From the IMG/VR virus record IMGVR_UViG_3300042567_001420: a DNA stretch of 64,000 bases, one strand, 5' to 3'. Each line of letters begins with the position of its first letter. The stretch's first letter is position 1. A program made the translations under genes and the position numbers. Shown here piece after piece: positions 55,819 through 64,000 of this stretch. Origin of the DNA: a virus. Taxonomy: Duplodnaviria > Caudoviricetes. The notes under the pieces are model-generated. The model worked only from the letters and a program-made list of their open reading frames with translations, had not been told where the DNA came from and made no database searches.

Positions 55819-56412
55819 TTAAACACTTAATCCAAGCACTGCACCTGCTATTAGTGTGGAAGCCGCTACACTATCAGCTGCTCTTAGACCATACTCAAAA
55901 TGCTGGTATTGGAATGAAACTGTAAATGTAGATAATTGATCATTTGCGCTAAAGTCTAATCCAACAGGAGAAATATCCACTGGAAATGCACCTAGCATTT
56001 TATATGATCTTAAAGTTGCACCATTTCTATCCAATTGCATAACATCAATGATTGACTGATATGCAGTAGGATTAGTAAAACCAGTTTTTAGTCCCATGTT
56101 TTCAATTCCATTCATCCACTCTTCTATACCATTTCTTAGTTTAAAATCTGTGTCGTTTAAAATTGTGCATTGGAAAGGTGCGAATACTTTATCGCCAGCC
56201 AGTTTAACTTCCCTACCTCTATAAAATACCGGAGTGGTACCTATAGTCTGGCCTGGAAGTTCTGCTACTGTAACTAAGAAACTACTAGATTCTAATAGTT
56301 GTCTGTCGTTTTGAACATACGCCGGAAACCCAATTCTAACTTGGAATTGATTAGGACGAGCACCGCCGCCCTTTAGTTGCGTTTTAAATTGATCTATTCT
56401 AAAATTGCTCAT
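55819..56412 (-). CDS. 19: Tail tube protein gp19
   Basis: GGARPNQFQV, YRGREVKLAGD, LNDTDF, FTVSFQY. Confidence 0.96.
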   Translation of the reverse strand: MSNFRIDQFKTQLKGGGARPNQFQVRIGFPAYVQNDRQLLESSSFLVTVAELPGQTIGTTPVFYRGREVKLAGDKVFAPFQCTILNDTDFKLRNGIEEWMNGIENMGLKTGFTNPTAYQSIIDVMQLDRNGATLRSYKMLGAFPVDISPVGLDFSANDQLSTFTVSFQYQHFEYGLRAADSVAASTLIAGAVLGLSV

Positions 56413-56427
56413 TTATTTTCTCCGGTA

Positions 56428-58149
56428 TTAAGCGCCGAGCTCTTCAAAAGAAATACTCGATCTAGTGGCAACAAATGTCAATGTTATAAAGTTAATAGAA
56501 CGAGCAGGCTTAACAAAAATGTCAGCTCTAAATTCATTTCTATCAATCACGTCGCCAGTATTGTTTGTTTCGTCACAAACAACTTTGAAGTCTGTAATAC
56601 CGCGACGACCCTGAACATCTCTTAAGAATGGTTCAACTAAATTTCTAAATTGAGCACGTGTGAATTGATCGTTAAATTCAAACAACTGGAATTTTGCGGC
56701 TGTAGCAACTGCTTTTTCCAACACGATAAACAATCTACGAACATTGATTCTATCAAATGCGCTTGGTTTAGCTTGCATTGTTTTGTCGCCAAACAATATA
56801 GTACCTTGTCCAGGGAATGTTACCACAGGATTGATACCTGCTTTGTATAACGTATCTCTGTCAGCTTTACCTGGGCTATATGCTAATTTAACAACATTTC
56901 TAATTTGTCCGCGATTGTAACCACTAGGGCTGAACCATGGATCTGCTACAAAATCTGTTCTTGCGCATAAACCAGCAACGTCGCCATTTAATGGGACCCA
57001 ACGATATTTGTCATTGTAACGGTCATACTGATATTTCCATCCGGAATCTATTTCAGCATAGCTAGAATTTACAGAGATTTGATTATTTCTATAATCTACA
57101 ACATTAATTGGTTGCTGAGCAGGAGTAACGCCTACCACATCTGATAACTCAGGTGATAAGAATACCATACAATCTTTTCTGTCTTCTGCAAGGGCTACTA
57201 AACTACTAACAACTGCGGCGTTACTCCATGGACCTGCAGGAATTAAACTAACGTCGAACTCTTCGTCATTGGAGAATAAATCAAATCCGGCAATAACATT
57301 GCCATTACTTAGGGCAGTCTCTGCAGAAACACCTAGCGATAAGGATGCTGCTACACCTGTAGATAAAGAAGTAAATGCCTTCCCCGCTATTGCTGCAGTT
57401 CCCCACGCGTTTGCGCCAGAGGTCATTCCTGTTGGATGATCTATAGACCAAACATATTCCGAAGATAAATTAATTACATCTTTATAGTAATTGGAAGAAC
57501 CGTTAGTATTTCTAGCATCTGATGCTTTTGACAAAAATGCGAATTTTTCTAATACGGAGTTGCGTGCACCGCCAGACCATGCTCCGTCTTCGTCAATCAC
57601 AAGAACGTGAACTTCATCATTGGTTGCGCCAACTGAAGTTGCGTATGTTGACGTTCCTGGAGAACTATCAAATTGTCCCGTAATATTAGGAGTAACTGCG
57701 GTAGTTGCAAATGTGTTTGCGTCTACTAAAACAACTTTTAAAGAGTTACCTAGATTTCCTGGGTATTTTGCAGCAAATTCGCCGAGGCCTAAGCCACCTG
57801 CCGAATATATACCATTTAAAAAGTCATCTTCATTTTTAATTAAAATTGCGGTTGCGCTTGCGTTTGCAATTGCGTTTTTCGCGGTTCCTTCGTTAACAAC
57901 ACGAACTAGTTGTAAATTATTACCGTATGATAAAAAGTTAGCTGCAGTATAAAATGATGTATAAGTTTCGTCAGTAGGCCCGCCGAAAAACTTAACCAAA
58001 TTATTCTCAGAATCGACGGTGGTAACTTGCCCAACAGGTCCCCATTGGAAGGCGCCAGCGAATGCGCCAGCGGAAGTAGCAACAGCCGGCACTATCGAAG
58101 ATAGATCCTTTTCTTGTACTAGTACGCCAGGTGAAAGCTGAAATGCCAT
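56428..58149 (-). CDS. 18: Tail sheath protein gp18
   Basis: SPGVLVQEKD, PWFSPSG, FDRINVRRLF, KPARSINFITL. Confidence 0.98.
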   Translation of the reverse strand: MAFQLSPGVLVQEKDLSSIVPAVATSAGAFAGAFQWGPVGQVTTVDSENNLVKFFGGPTDETYTSFYTAANFLSYGNNLQLVRVVNEGTAKNAIANASATAILIKNEDDFLNGIYSAGGLGLGEFAAKYPGNLGNSLKVVLVDANTFATTAVTPNITGQFDSSPGTSTYATSVGATNDEVHVLVIDEDGAWSGGARNSVLEKFAFLSKASDARNTNGSSNYYKDVINLSSEYVWSIDHPTGMTSGANAWGTAAIAGKAFTSLSTGVAASLSLGVSAETALSNGNVIAGFDLFSNDEEFDVSLIPAGPWSNAAVVSSLVALAEDRKDCMVFLSPELSDVVGVTPAQQPINVVDYRNNQISVNSSYAEIDSGWKYQYDRYNDKYRWVPLNGDVAGLCARTDFVADPWFSPSGYNRGQIRNVVKLAYSPGKADRDTLYKAGINPVVTFPGQGTILFGDKTMQAKPSAFDRINVRRLFIVLEKAVATAAKFQLFEFNDQFTRAQFRNLVEPFLRDVQGRRGITDFKVVCDETNNTGDVIDRNEFRADIFVKPARSINFITLTFVATRSSISFEELGA

Positions 58150-58202
58150 CTTATTCTCCTTAAGATTTTATAGATAGTCCAATATAACTATTGATTACTA
58201 TT

Positions 58203-58210
58203 TATTTATA
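58203..58210 (-). promoter_or_regulatory. T4-type late promoter
   Basis: TATAAATA between gp17 and gp18. Confidence 0.8.
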
Positions 58211-58221
58211 AGTATCTCTTT

Positions 58222-59925
58222 TTAGACATTTTCCAACCAATTTCTTTTCATTTTTTTCATCTCTGCTTCAGGGTCTTGATTCCACCATAAATCCGAGTCA
58301 ATAACTTCTGGCTGCGATTTTTCCGGTAGCCCGTCATTTACTATTCCAAACGGTGTAAGATTTTCCTCAATCTGTTTAAATTGATCTTCGTATAATACTT
58401 TTCTAAGATTTGTGTCTGTCAAATCTTTAAAGAATGGTTCGTTTGTTGCCCATGAGAATAAAACCAAACACATGACCAAATCGTCATGGTATCCTTCATC
58501 TGCTTTATGGGTTCCTCGAACTTCAATAAATGTAGATATTTCCTCAATAATTTCTGCATCATGTATTAATAGTTTCGTGGCTTCTACCAAACTCTTAAAT
58601 GACGTGCATCCTAATCGTTTAACTTGTTTCGTAGTTCTAACTCCAAGAGTCGCCCCATGGGTAAATCCACCGGACAAGTATTGTCCTGTTTTGCTATTAC
58701 TTCCCACAAAGAATACATTTTCGTATTCTAAATCCATATACAACGAATCTGCTACTTGCTGTCCGTTATCGTTAATCTCAACTAAACAGTAAGCTTTATT
58801 ATAATCTTTTGCTACTTTATATATTACATTGGGAAACATCAACGGACTGATTCTGTTACTTCTATACTTTGCAACCACTTTGTATGGATATGCGGTAATA
58901 TCTATAACTGCAAATGCTGAGTAATCTCCCCCAACGCCTCGCGATGTGTCCGCGACAAGCATATAGATATGATCTTGTCCTTCGTACGTTCCATCGTCTT
59001 TTTTGGTTGCTCTAATTGGTTCTTCTAAAACATCCAGTCCGTCTTTTGTATAAACGAATTGACGAGTAGACATCTGAGAAATTGTGTCGGGATTAATAAG
59101 AGTATTGGATGAACCTAAGAATCTGCATAAAACCTCTTGGTTAAACTTTAGTTCGCCAAGCATAGATTTTTGTTCTGCTGCCCATTTCTCATCTCTACCA
59201 GGAATTTTGCTATATGGAATGAACATTGGAACAAATCCATTCAATCCTTGTTCTGCCTCATTCCAGAATTTCCAGAAGTGGTTATATCCCAATGGTGTAG
59301 ATGTAAGAAGAATCTTTGTTGTTTGTCCCGCAGAAATTGTTGGGTAAACAGATGTGAAAAATTGTTCTGCAACATTATTTGGAATAATTGCTGCTTCGTC
59401 AATATACAACCAGTTTACAGATTTACCTCGAATACCAGATGAGCTTGTAGCTGACGTAAATACTTTAGATCCATTTTCAAGTTCAATATCACCCTTGTTG
59501 AATGTCTTGACACCTTGCTGCATCCACATAGGAAGCATCTCATACATTAGTTCGTATCGGGAAAGAACCTCTCGAGCTGCCGATGATTTATTTGCGAGAA
59601 TAGCAACGGTTTTGTTTTCTTGAAATAACGTATACCAAAGAATACATGCTGCAGCTGTGATGGTCTTTCCCTGTTGGCGACCTTCCATCAAAATAACTTT
59701 ACGGTTATTGAGTATTACGTGCACTTTTTCTTTTTGACAATCATATAATTTAAATGGTACAAGTCCGTAATCAAGAGAAACAATCTTACAGTAGTTCTCA
59801 ATAAAATAGATAGGATCCTGCATACAACGCATAAGTTCTTTAACTTGTTCTGCGCTGTAAGATTCAACAATTCCTATCGGTTTAAGATTTGGATTGCCGT
59901 TATATGATATTTGTTTATTGCTCAA
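58222..59925 (-). CDS. 17: Terminase large subunit gp17
   Basis: RQQGKT, YIDEAA, STPLG, DTSRG, HDDLVM. Confidence 0.98.
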   Translation of the reverse strand: MSNKQISYNGNPNLKPIGIVESYSAEQVKELMRCMQDPIYFIENYCKIVSLDYGLVPFKLYDCQKEKVHVILNNRKVILMEGRQQGKTITAAACILWYTLFQENKTVAILANKSSAAREVLSRYELMYEMLPMWMQQGVKTFNKGDIELENGSKVFTSATSSSGIRGKSVNWLYIDEAAIIPNNVAEQFFTSVYPTISAGQTTKILLTSTPLGYNHFWKFWNEAEQGLNGFVPMFIPYSKIPGRDEKWAAEQKSMLGELKFNQEVLCRFLGSSNTLINPDTISQMSTRQFVYTKDGLDVLEEPIRATKKDDGTYEGQDHIYMLVADTSRGVGGDYSAFAVIDITAYPYKVVAKYRSNRISPLMFPNVIYKVAKDYNKAYCLVEINDNGQQVADSLYMDLEYENVFFVGSNSKTGQYLSGGFTHGATLGVRTTKQVKRLGCTSFKSLVEATKLLIHDAEIIEEISTFIEVRGTHKADEGYHDDLVMCLVLFSWATNEPFFKDLTDTNLRKVLYEDQFKQIEENLTPFGIVNDGLPEKSQPEVIDSDLWWNQDPEAEMKKMKRNWLENV

Positions 59926-60337
59926 TTGTTTTGCCGTCGTCTTTGTTCTTTAGCATTTTAAATAACTCAGCGGTTGAACCTGCGAATACTACGTTATTAT
60001 TTGTAACATTCTTTGCAGATACAGAGTCGCCGTCTTTTAAATCTTTAACTTTTTTCTGTAATTCAATTAAATCTTTAGCAACATCTGATACGGTTTTTAT
60101 TAATTGGCCAGCAACCTCATATGTTCTGGGATGCTCAGAATTTTTAGCAAGTTCAATCATGTCATCCAAAGTATTTTCACTTTTATATATTAGATTGCGT
60201 AATGTACTTCTTGCCAATTGGTAATCATCTTCTTGATCTAAGTTTTTGCTTGTTTCTGGCGCAATTACAGGCAAATTTTCCGCAGGGGCCTGAGATTCAA
60301 TGTCAAAAATCTTATCAAGTTCTGGTATATGTTTCAT
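59915..60337 (-). CDS. 16: Terminase small subunit gp16
   Basis: DDYQLARSTL, HPRTYEV, FAGSTAEL. Confidence 0.93.
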   Translation of the reverse strand: MKHIPELDKIFDIESQAPAENLPVIAPETSKNLDQEDDYQLARSTLRNLIYKSENTLDDMIELAKNSEHPRTYEVAGQLIKTVSDVAKDLIELQKKVKDLKDGDSVSAKNVTNNNVVFAGSTAELFKMLKNKDDGKTIEQ

Positions 60338-61089
60338 TAAAAATCTTCAAAGGTTTCAATAAAGCCAATGTCATCTCCAGGTTTAGCTGTCAATGGATTT
60401 GGTTGTATAGTAATAGATGATTGCTTTTCAGTTAAATTTTCATTACTATAAGTGTTAGCAATAACTTTCTTAATAACACCCTGTCTACTAATTGGGCCAT
60501 AATAATTTAATTTCATTGTAAAATTTAATGTCCAAATGATAGACCGTCTATCTGAAAAATCGCCCTCATAGGTATCGTCGAAAGATATACTATTTAGTAG
60601 AATTGGTAAATCATTTTTAATACCCATCTGCGGTATTGTTTTCATCGTTAAATTATAATCAGGATTAAAGTATGGTATAATTTGTTCTATTATCTGTAAA
60701 CCATCATCTTGATTCTTAGCATATACGTATAATGCAACTTGTATATTATACGGAGTAGGTGCATACTGAGTATCTAAAGTATTAATTGTAGAATTAATTG
60801 CTCTATTTTGTTGAAGCGGACTTATTTTTCGATTAACATCATATTCCAACGACAACATCTCAAAAGACATTCTTGGCAATACTACTTGAACTGGCCGCTC
60901 ATCCACATTGGGTTGCTGTTGTATTCTAGTTAAGAACTTTGTTTTAGGCGCATATGATAACGGTATTCTTAATGTTTCCTCACTATTTCCATCCGCATCT
61001 TTACGATCAATGGTAATTGAATTAAACATATTACCAAAAGCAACAATTGCTTTTCTAGTTGTTCCCCAGTAAAATCTTTGATCTAACAT
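60337..61089 (-). CDS. 15: Tail sheath stabilizer/terminator gp15
   Basis: AFGNMFN, LPRMSF, PTPYNI, IIWTLNFT. Confidence 0.93.
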   Translation of the reverse strand: MLDQRFYWGTTRKAIVAFGNMFNSITIDRKDADGNSEETLRIPLSYAPKTKFLTRIQQQPNVDERPVQVVLPRMSFEMLSLEYDVNRKISPLQQNRAINSTINTLDTQYAPTPYNIQVALYVYAKNQDDGLQIIEQIIPYFNPDYNLTMKTIPQMGIKNDLPILLNSISFDDTYEGDFSDRRSIIWTLNFTMKLNYYGPISRQGVIKKVIANTYSNENLTEKQSSITIQPNPLTAKPGDDIGFIETFEDF

Positions 61090-61838
61090 TATTTAAATAC
61101 CTCACCAAATGGATTTCTTTCTGTGAAATCTAATATGTCAGTAATGCCGGTATCAAAGTCGTCGTTTCTAGCGCCAGCATCAACTGTTGTTATTTTGTAA
61201 CTTTCTAGAATCATCGGTGTTTCTGTGTTAAATTCTAATAATAATGACCCGTCTGATTCTATCAATAATTCAAAGTTGTTGAGATTTTGATCTATCGAAT
61301 CTGCATAAGTATCAATCTCATCAATACCCGTATTAAAGTTCTCGCTAGAGAATTGCATTAGCTCACATTGCATTCTAAATATGTAGAGTTTGCCAAGCTG
61401 ATAGAATGGGGTATCACCTTCTACTTTGCGTATTTCAAAATAGGATTTTGTTAGTGGAAAATATAATACGTCACCTTCAGCGGGTCTGTTAGCCAAAACT
61501 GTTTGACCTTTACTGCCAACTTCTTTATCCCATCTACGTCTGGATACTACAAAGGATGCGCTGTCGCGAAGTTCGACTCCAAATCTTGTTAGCAGGTCTC
61601 CCTCACCTTCAAACCCATTTGTGTTTTCCAAATACATCTCAATTGGATACGCATTCTCATAATAGTTTAACGGATCCTCAACCAAAATACGATCCTCATT
61701 AAAAGATGTTCTTGGGATATAATAGACTTCGAAACCATAGATTTGTAGGCATTCGATTATTAGATCTTCGTAGAGATTCTGCTCCGAGGCTCTGCCCATC
61801 GGAATGCCAGATTGAAAATAATGGTTAACTGTTGCCAT
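61089..61838 (-). CDS. 14: Neck protein gp14
   Basis: YYIPR, IEMYLE, PAEGDVLYFP, PFYQLGK, NPFGE. Confidence 0.93.
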   Translation of the reverse strand: MATVNHYFQSGIPMGRASEQNLYEDLIIECLQIYGFEVYYIPRTSFNEDRILVEDPLNYYENAYPIEMYLENTNGFEGEGDLLTRFGVELRDSASFVVSRRRWDKEVGSKGQTVLANRPAEGDVLYFPLTKSYFEIRKVEGDTPFYQLGKLYIFRMQCELMQFSSENFNTGIDEIDTYADSIDQNLNNFELLIESDGSLLLEFNTETPMILESYKITTVDAGARNDDFDTGITDILDFTERNPFGEVFK

Positions 61839-61902
61839 AATTCTATAGACTTCTATTGACTTCGGTGTTAGTATATGCTATGAGGTTAGGTGATATTAAG
61901 TA

Positions 61903-62646
61903 TCAGCCTGTAAAGAAATCTACTGGTAGTTCAAATCTAGATTGTATTTCAGCTTCAATTTTTAGCAATTCATCCTCTGCTTCATCATATATTTTACCAC
62001 CATTTAAAACAACTCCTCCAGGAAGTTGCACTCCGTCAAATTTTTTCATATTTGTTCCCCATTGCCGCTTAATTAAAGCTGTCGCATATCTTTTCAAGAA
62101 CATATCGTTGTAAACATCCGTGTATGTGTCCGGATCTAATATTCTCCAGGCTTCAACAACGATATTACTTCCTACATCAACATCCGCTGCCCAGTCCATA
62201 TCTATGTATAGACGATTCATATGGCGATTGAATCTAACAGGCTTTACGCCTACTAATGTTTGATTAATCAATTCTAATTGTTGTCTAACTTGCGTGTAAT
62301 AAATTAAATCAGTAGACATTAAAGAATACAGATCATTAATTAAAATTTGATACCTAATGTCGAAAATATTTATCCCCGTAGATTTATTACTAAAAGGCAA
62401 AACTCGTTCGACTCCAACAACCGCATCGGGAATAGGTATGTACAAATTAGTTAGGTCTTGTTCGGTTATCAAATGCTTTAGGTAAACTTTTTCTACAGCA
62501 TCATAATGATACTCTCTGTAGAATTGAAATGCATCATCAATACGATCTTCAAGCTGATCTTCATCTACATTGATTTCAATAACAGGAGCACCTAGTCGGC
62601 GTAGGCAATATTCCTTCAATTGTTCTCTAGATGTTATTGACGCCAT
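61903..62646 (-). CDS. 13: Neck protein gp13
   Basis: CLRRLGAPVIEINV, QWGTNMKKF, LPGGVVLNG. Confidence 0.95.
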   Translation of the reverse strand: MASITSREQLKEYCLRRLGAPVIEINVDEDQLEDRIDDAFQFYREYHYDAVEKVYLKHLITEQDLTNLYIPIPDAVVGVERVLPFSNKSTGINIFDIRYQILINDLYSLMSTDLIYYTQVRQQLELINQTLVGVKPVRFNRHMNRLYIDMDWAADVDVGSNIVVEAWRILDPDTYTDVYNDMFLKRYATALIKRQWGTNMKKFDGVQLPGGVVLNGGKIYDEAEDELLKIEAEIQSRFELPVDFFTG

Positions 62647-62671
62647 GTGATATCCTTTATATTTATTTTTA

Positions 62672-64000
62672 TTATGTATTTATTGTAATATTATTCATTA
62701 CAACACCAGGAGTAACATTAAAATTTGTTGCAGCGTTAAACGGTTGAAACGCATAAGAATTTCGGCTACCGTGTAGGGTGTACAGTACACTATAATCGTC
62801 AGTTAATCCAGTATCAAACAAAACATTGGATGCGCTATCATTAACTATCCTATCTTTGATTTGTGCTGGAGTATACGATGGGTATGCCTGTAACAATTGC
62901 GCACACATACCTGCAACTTGAGGTGAGGCCATTGAAGTTCCAGATAAAGTTCCTATCAAAAAAGAATTGTTATTAGGATACTGCGTATTACAACTAAATG
63001 CATTTGTAGTTGACATTGTACTTATAATAAATGTGCCAGGAGCATAAATATCGACTCTTGGGCCAGACTCACTGGATGCTGCCTTTTGTTCGGCAAATCC
63101 TATGGAAGGATCTCCTATCCATATATTTCCCACAGTAATTACACCTGAAGCTGCGGTTGGGCTACCGCCTTGCATATAATAAACCTGCCCATATACGCTG
63201 CTATTATAGTAATTATTAAAATTTATTCCAGTAGGAGTATCTATTGTTTGATAATTATTTCCAGCAGCGCCACATATAACAATGCCAGCTGCTATCATTT
63301 CGCTAATGTCTATATCTACAGAACTTATTCTAACACCGTGAGTATTGGTGTCGCTTCCAATCATACCGTACGCAGCTTGTTTGGTTGTTCCAGTCCACGC
63401 ATTGCCTTGATAATTTCCGCCAGTTATATTTTGAAATGTAGCGGTATACCCCCAACTCATATTGACAACGGTAGGGCGTTTAAATCCTGTTGTAGGATCT
63501 ATTGGTTTGTTATTGTGCCAACCTTTAATTACGTCAAACACATCACTAATAGGCATGCCCTGTGAATTTGCACCGTTTAATCCGTCAACTGTAATAGAAT
63601 AAATGTTGGAGTTTTTTGCTCTGCCATAAGTTTTTCCAGCAGCAATTCCTGCAACATGAGTTCCGTGTCCGTCGGTATCAATATAGAAAAGATTGTCAGC
63701 TGGTTGTGTGCCAGGTAATCCACTAGCAGAATACCAATTTATTTTTTGAACTCTGGTTTCTCCTTTGGAATTTTCAAATTCTGGATGATCGCATTGTAAT
63801 CCTCCATCTTGAATTACTATATCGACGCCTGTTCCATCTAACGGATAGTTATACAATAAATTTCCAGATGCTCCTATGGTATTATTTGTATTGCTGTTTA
63901 GTCTGAATAATCCCCAATTCACACCCAATGCATTGTTGGGATTTCTGCCTGTATTTGGAAATTTATAATAAATCCCAGATTGGCTTGCAAAAGATTTAAT
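62672..64000 (-). CDS. Subtilisin-like S8 serine peptidase, 5'-truncated by the window end
   Basis: Catalytic triad motifs IVIQDGG, HGTHVAG, GTSMASP; the frame stays open to 64000. Confidence 0.93.
   Translation of the reverse strand: MKSFASQSGIYYKFPNTGRNPNNALGVNWGLFRLNSNTNNTIGASGNLLYNYPLDGTGVDIVIQDGGLQCDHPEFENSKGETRVQKINWYSASGLPGTQPADNLFYIDTDGHGTHVAGIAAGKTYGRAKNSNIYSITVDGLNGANSQGMPISDVFDVIKGWHNNKPIDPTTGFKRPTVVNMSWGYTATFQNITGGNYQGNAWTGTTKQAAYGMIGSDTNTHGVRISSVDIDISEMIAAGIVICGAAGNNYQTIDTPTGINFNNYYNSSVYGQVYYMQGGSPTAASGVITVGNIWIGDPSIGFAEQKAASSESGPRVDIYAPGTFIISTMSTTNAFSCNTQYPNNNSFLIGTLSGTSMASPQVAGMCAQLLQAYPSYTPAQIKDRIVNDSASNVLFDTGLTDDYSVLYTLHGSRNSYAFQPFNAATNFNVTPGVVMNNITINT

Noticed and set aside
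61839-61902. Possible antisense promoter (TTGACT...TATGAG) and ORF 61856-62113
   Set aside because: Poor -10 match; the ORF is antisense to gp13.
1-64000. CRISPR arrays, IS elements, introns/inteins, homing endonucleases, rRNA, stop-codon recoding
   Set aside because: None seen by eye. Core genes (gp17, gp20, gp23, gp46, uvsW) are of normal length and uninterrupted in the standard code.

Overview
This is a 64-kb segment of a large, AT-rich T4-like myovirus genome in the standard genetic code. The host is probably a freshwater betaproteobacterium (inferred from the IscU/IscA/ErpA sequences). From 64000 down to about 6370 everything is on the minus strand. The order is: S8 protease, the virion core (gp13-14-15-16-17-18-19-20-67-core-21-22-23-3), uvsY-uvsW-gp55, a 7-deazaguanine DNA-modification cassette (queE, folE, dpdA, DpdL-like, queD) interleaved with two GT-B glycosyltransferases and galE, gp47-46, a deformylase, a VWA/AAA pair, a ~16-kb late-promoter-led glycan operon, gp45-44-62-regA, an hsp20 operon behind a ROSE-like leader, a tRNA(CAT) and a PBP-type peptidase. 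A convergent plus-strand operon (1-6295) carries membrane proteins, iscU-iscA-erpA and a PlcP-like phosphoesterase plus a GT2. The strongest candidate for a new system is the deazaguanine-plus-glycosyltransferase cassette. It sits in the slot where T4 keeps its DNA alpha-glucosyltransferase, and DpdA and one GT share a C-terminal sliding-clamp-type motif (SLE[D/S]LFA), suggesting replication-coupled, sugar-decorated modified DNA. All family calls come from motif recognition by eye; no database search was run.
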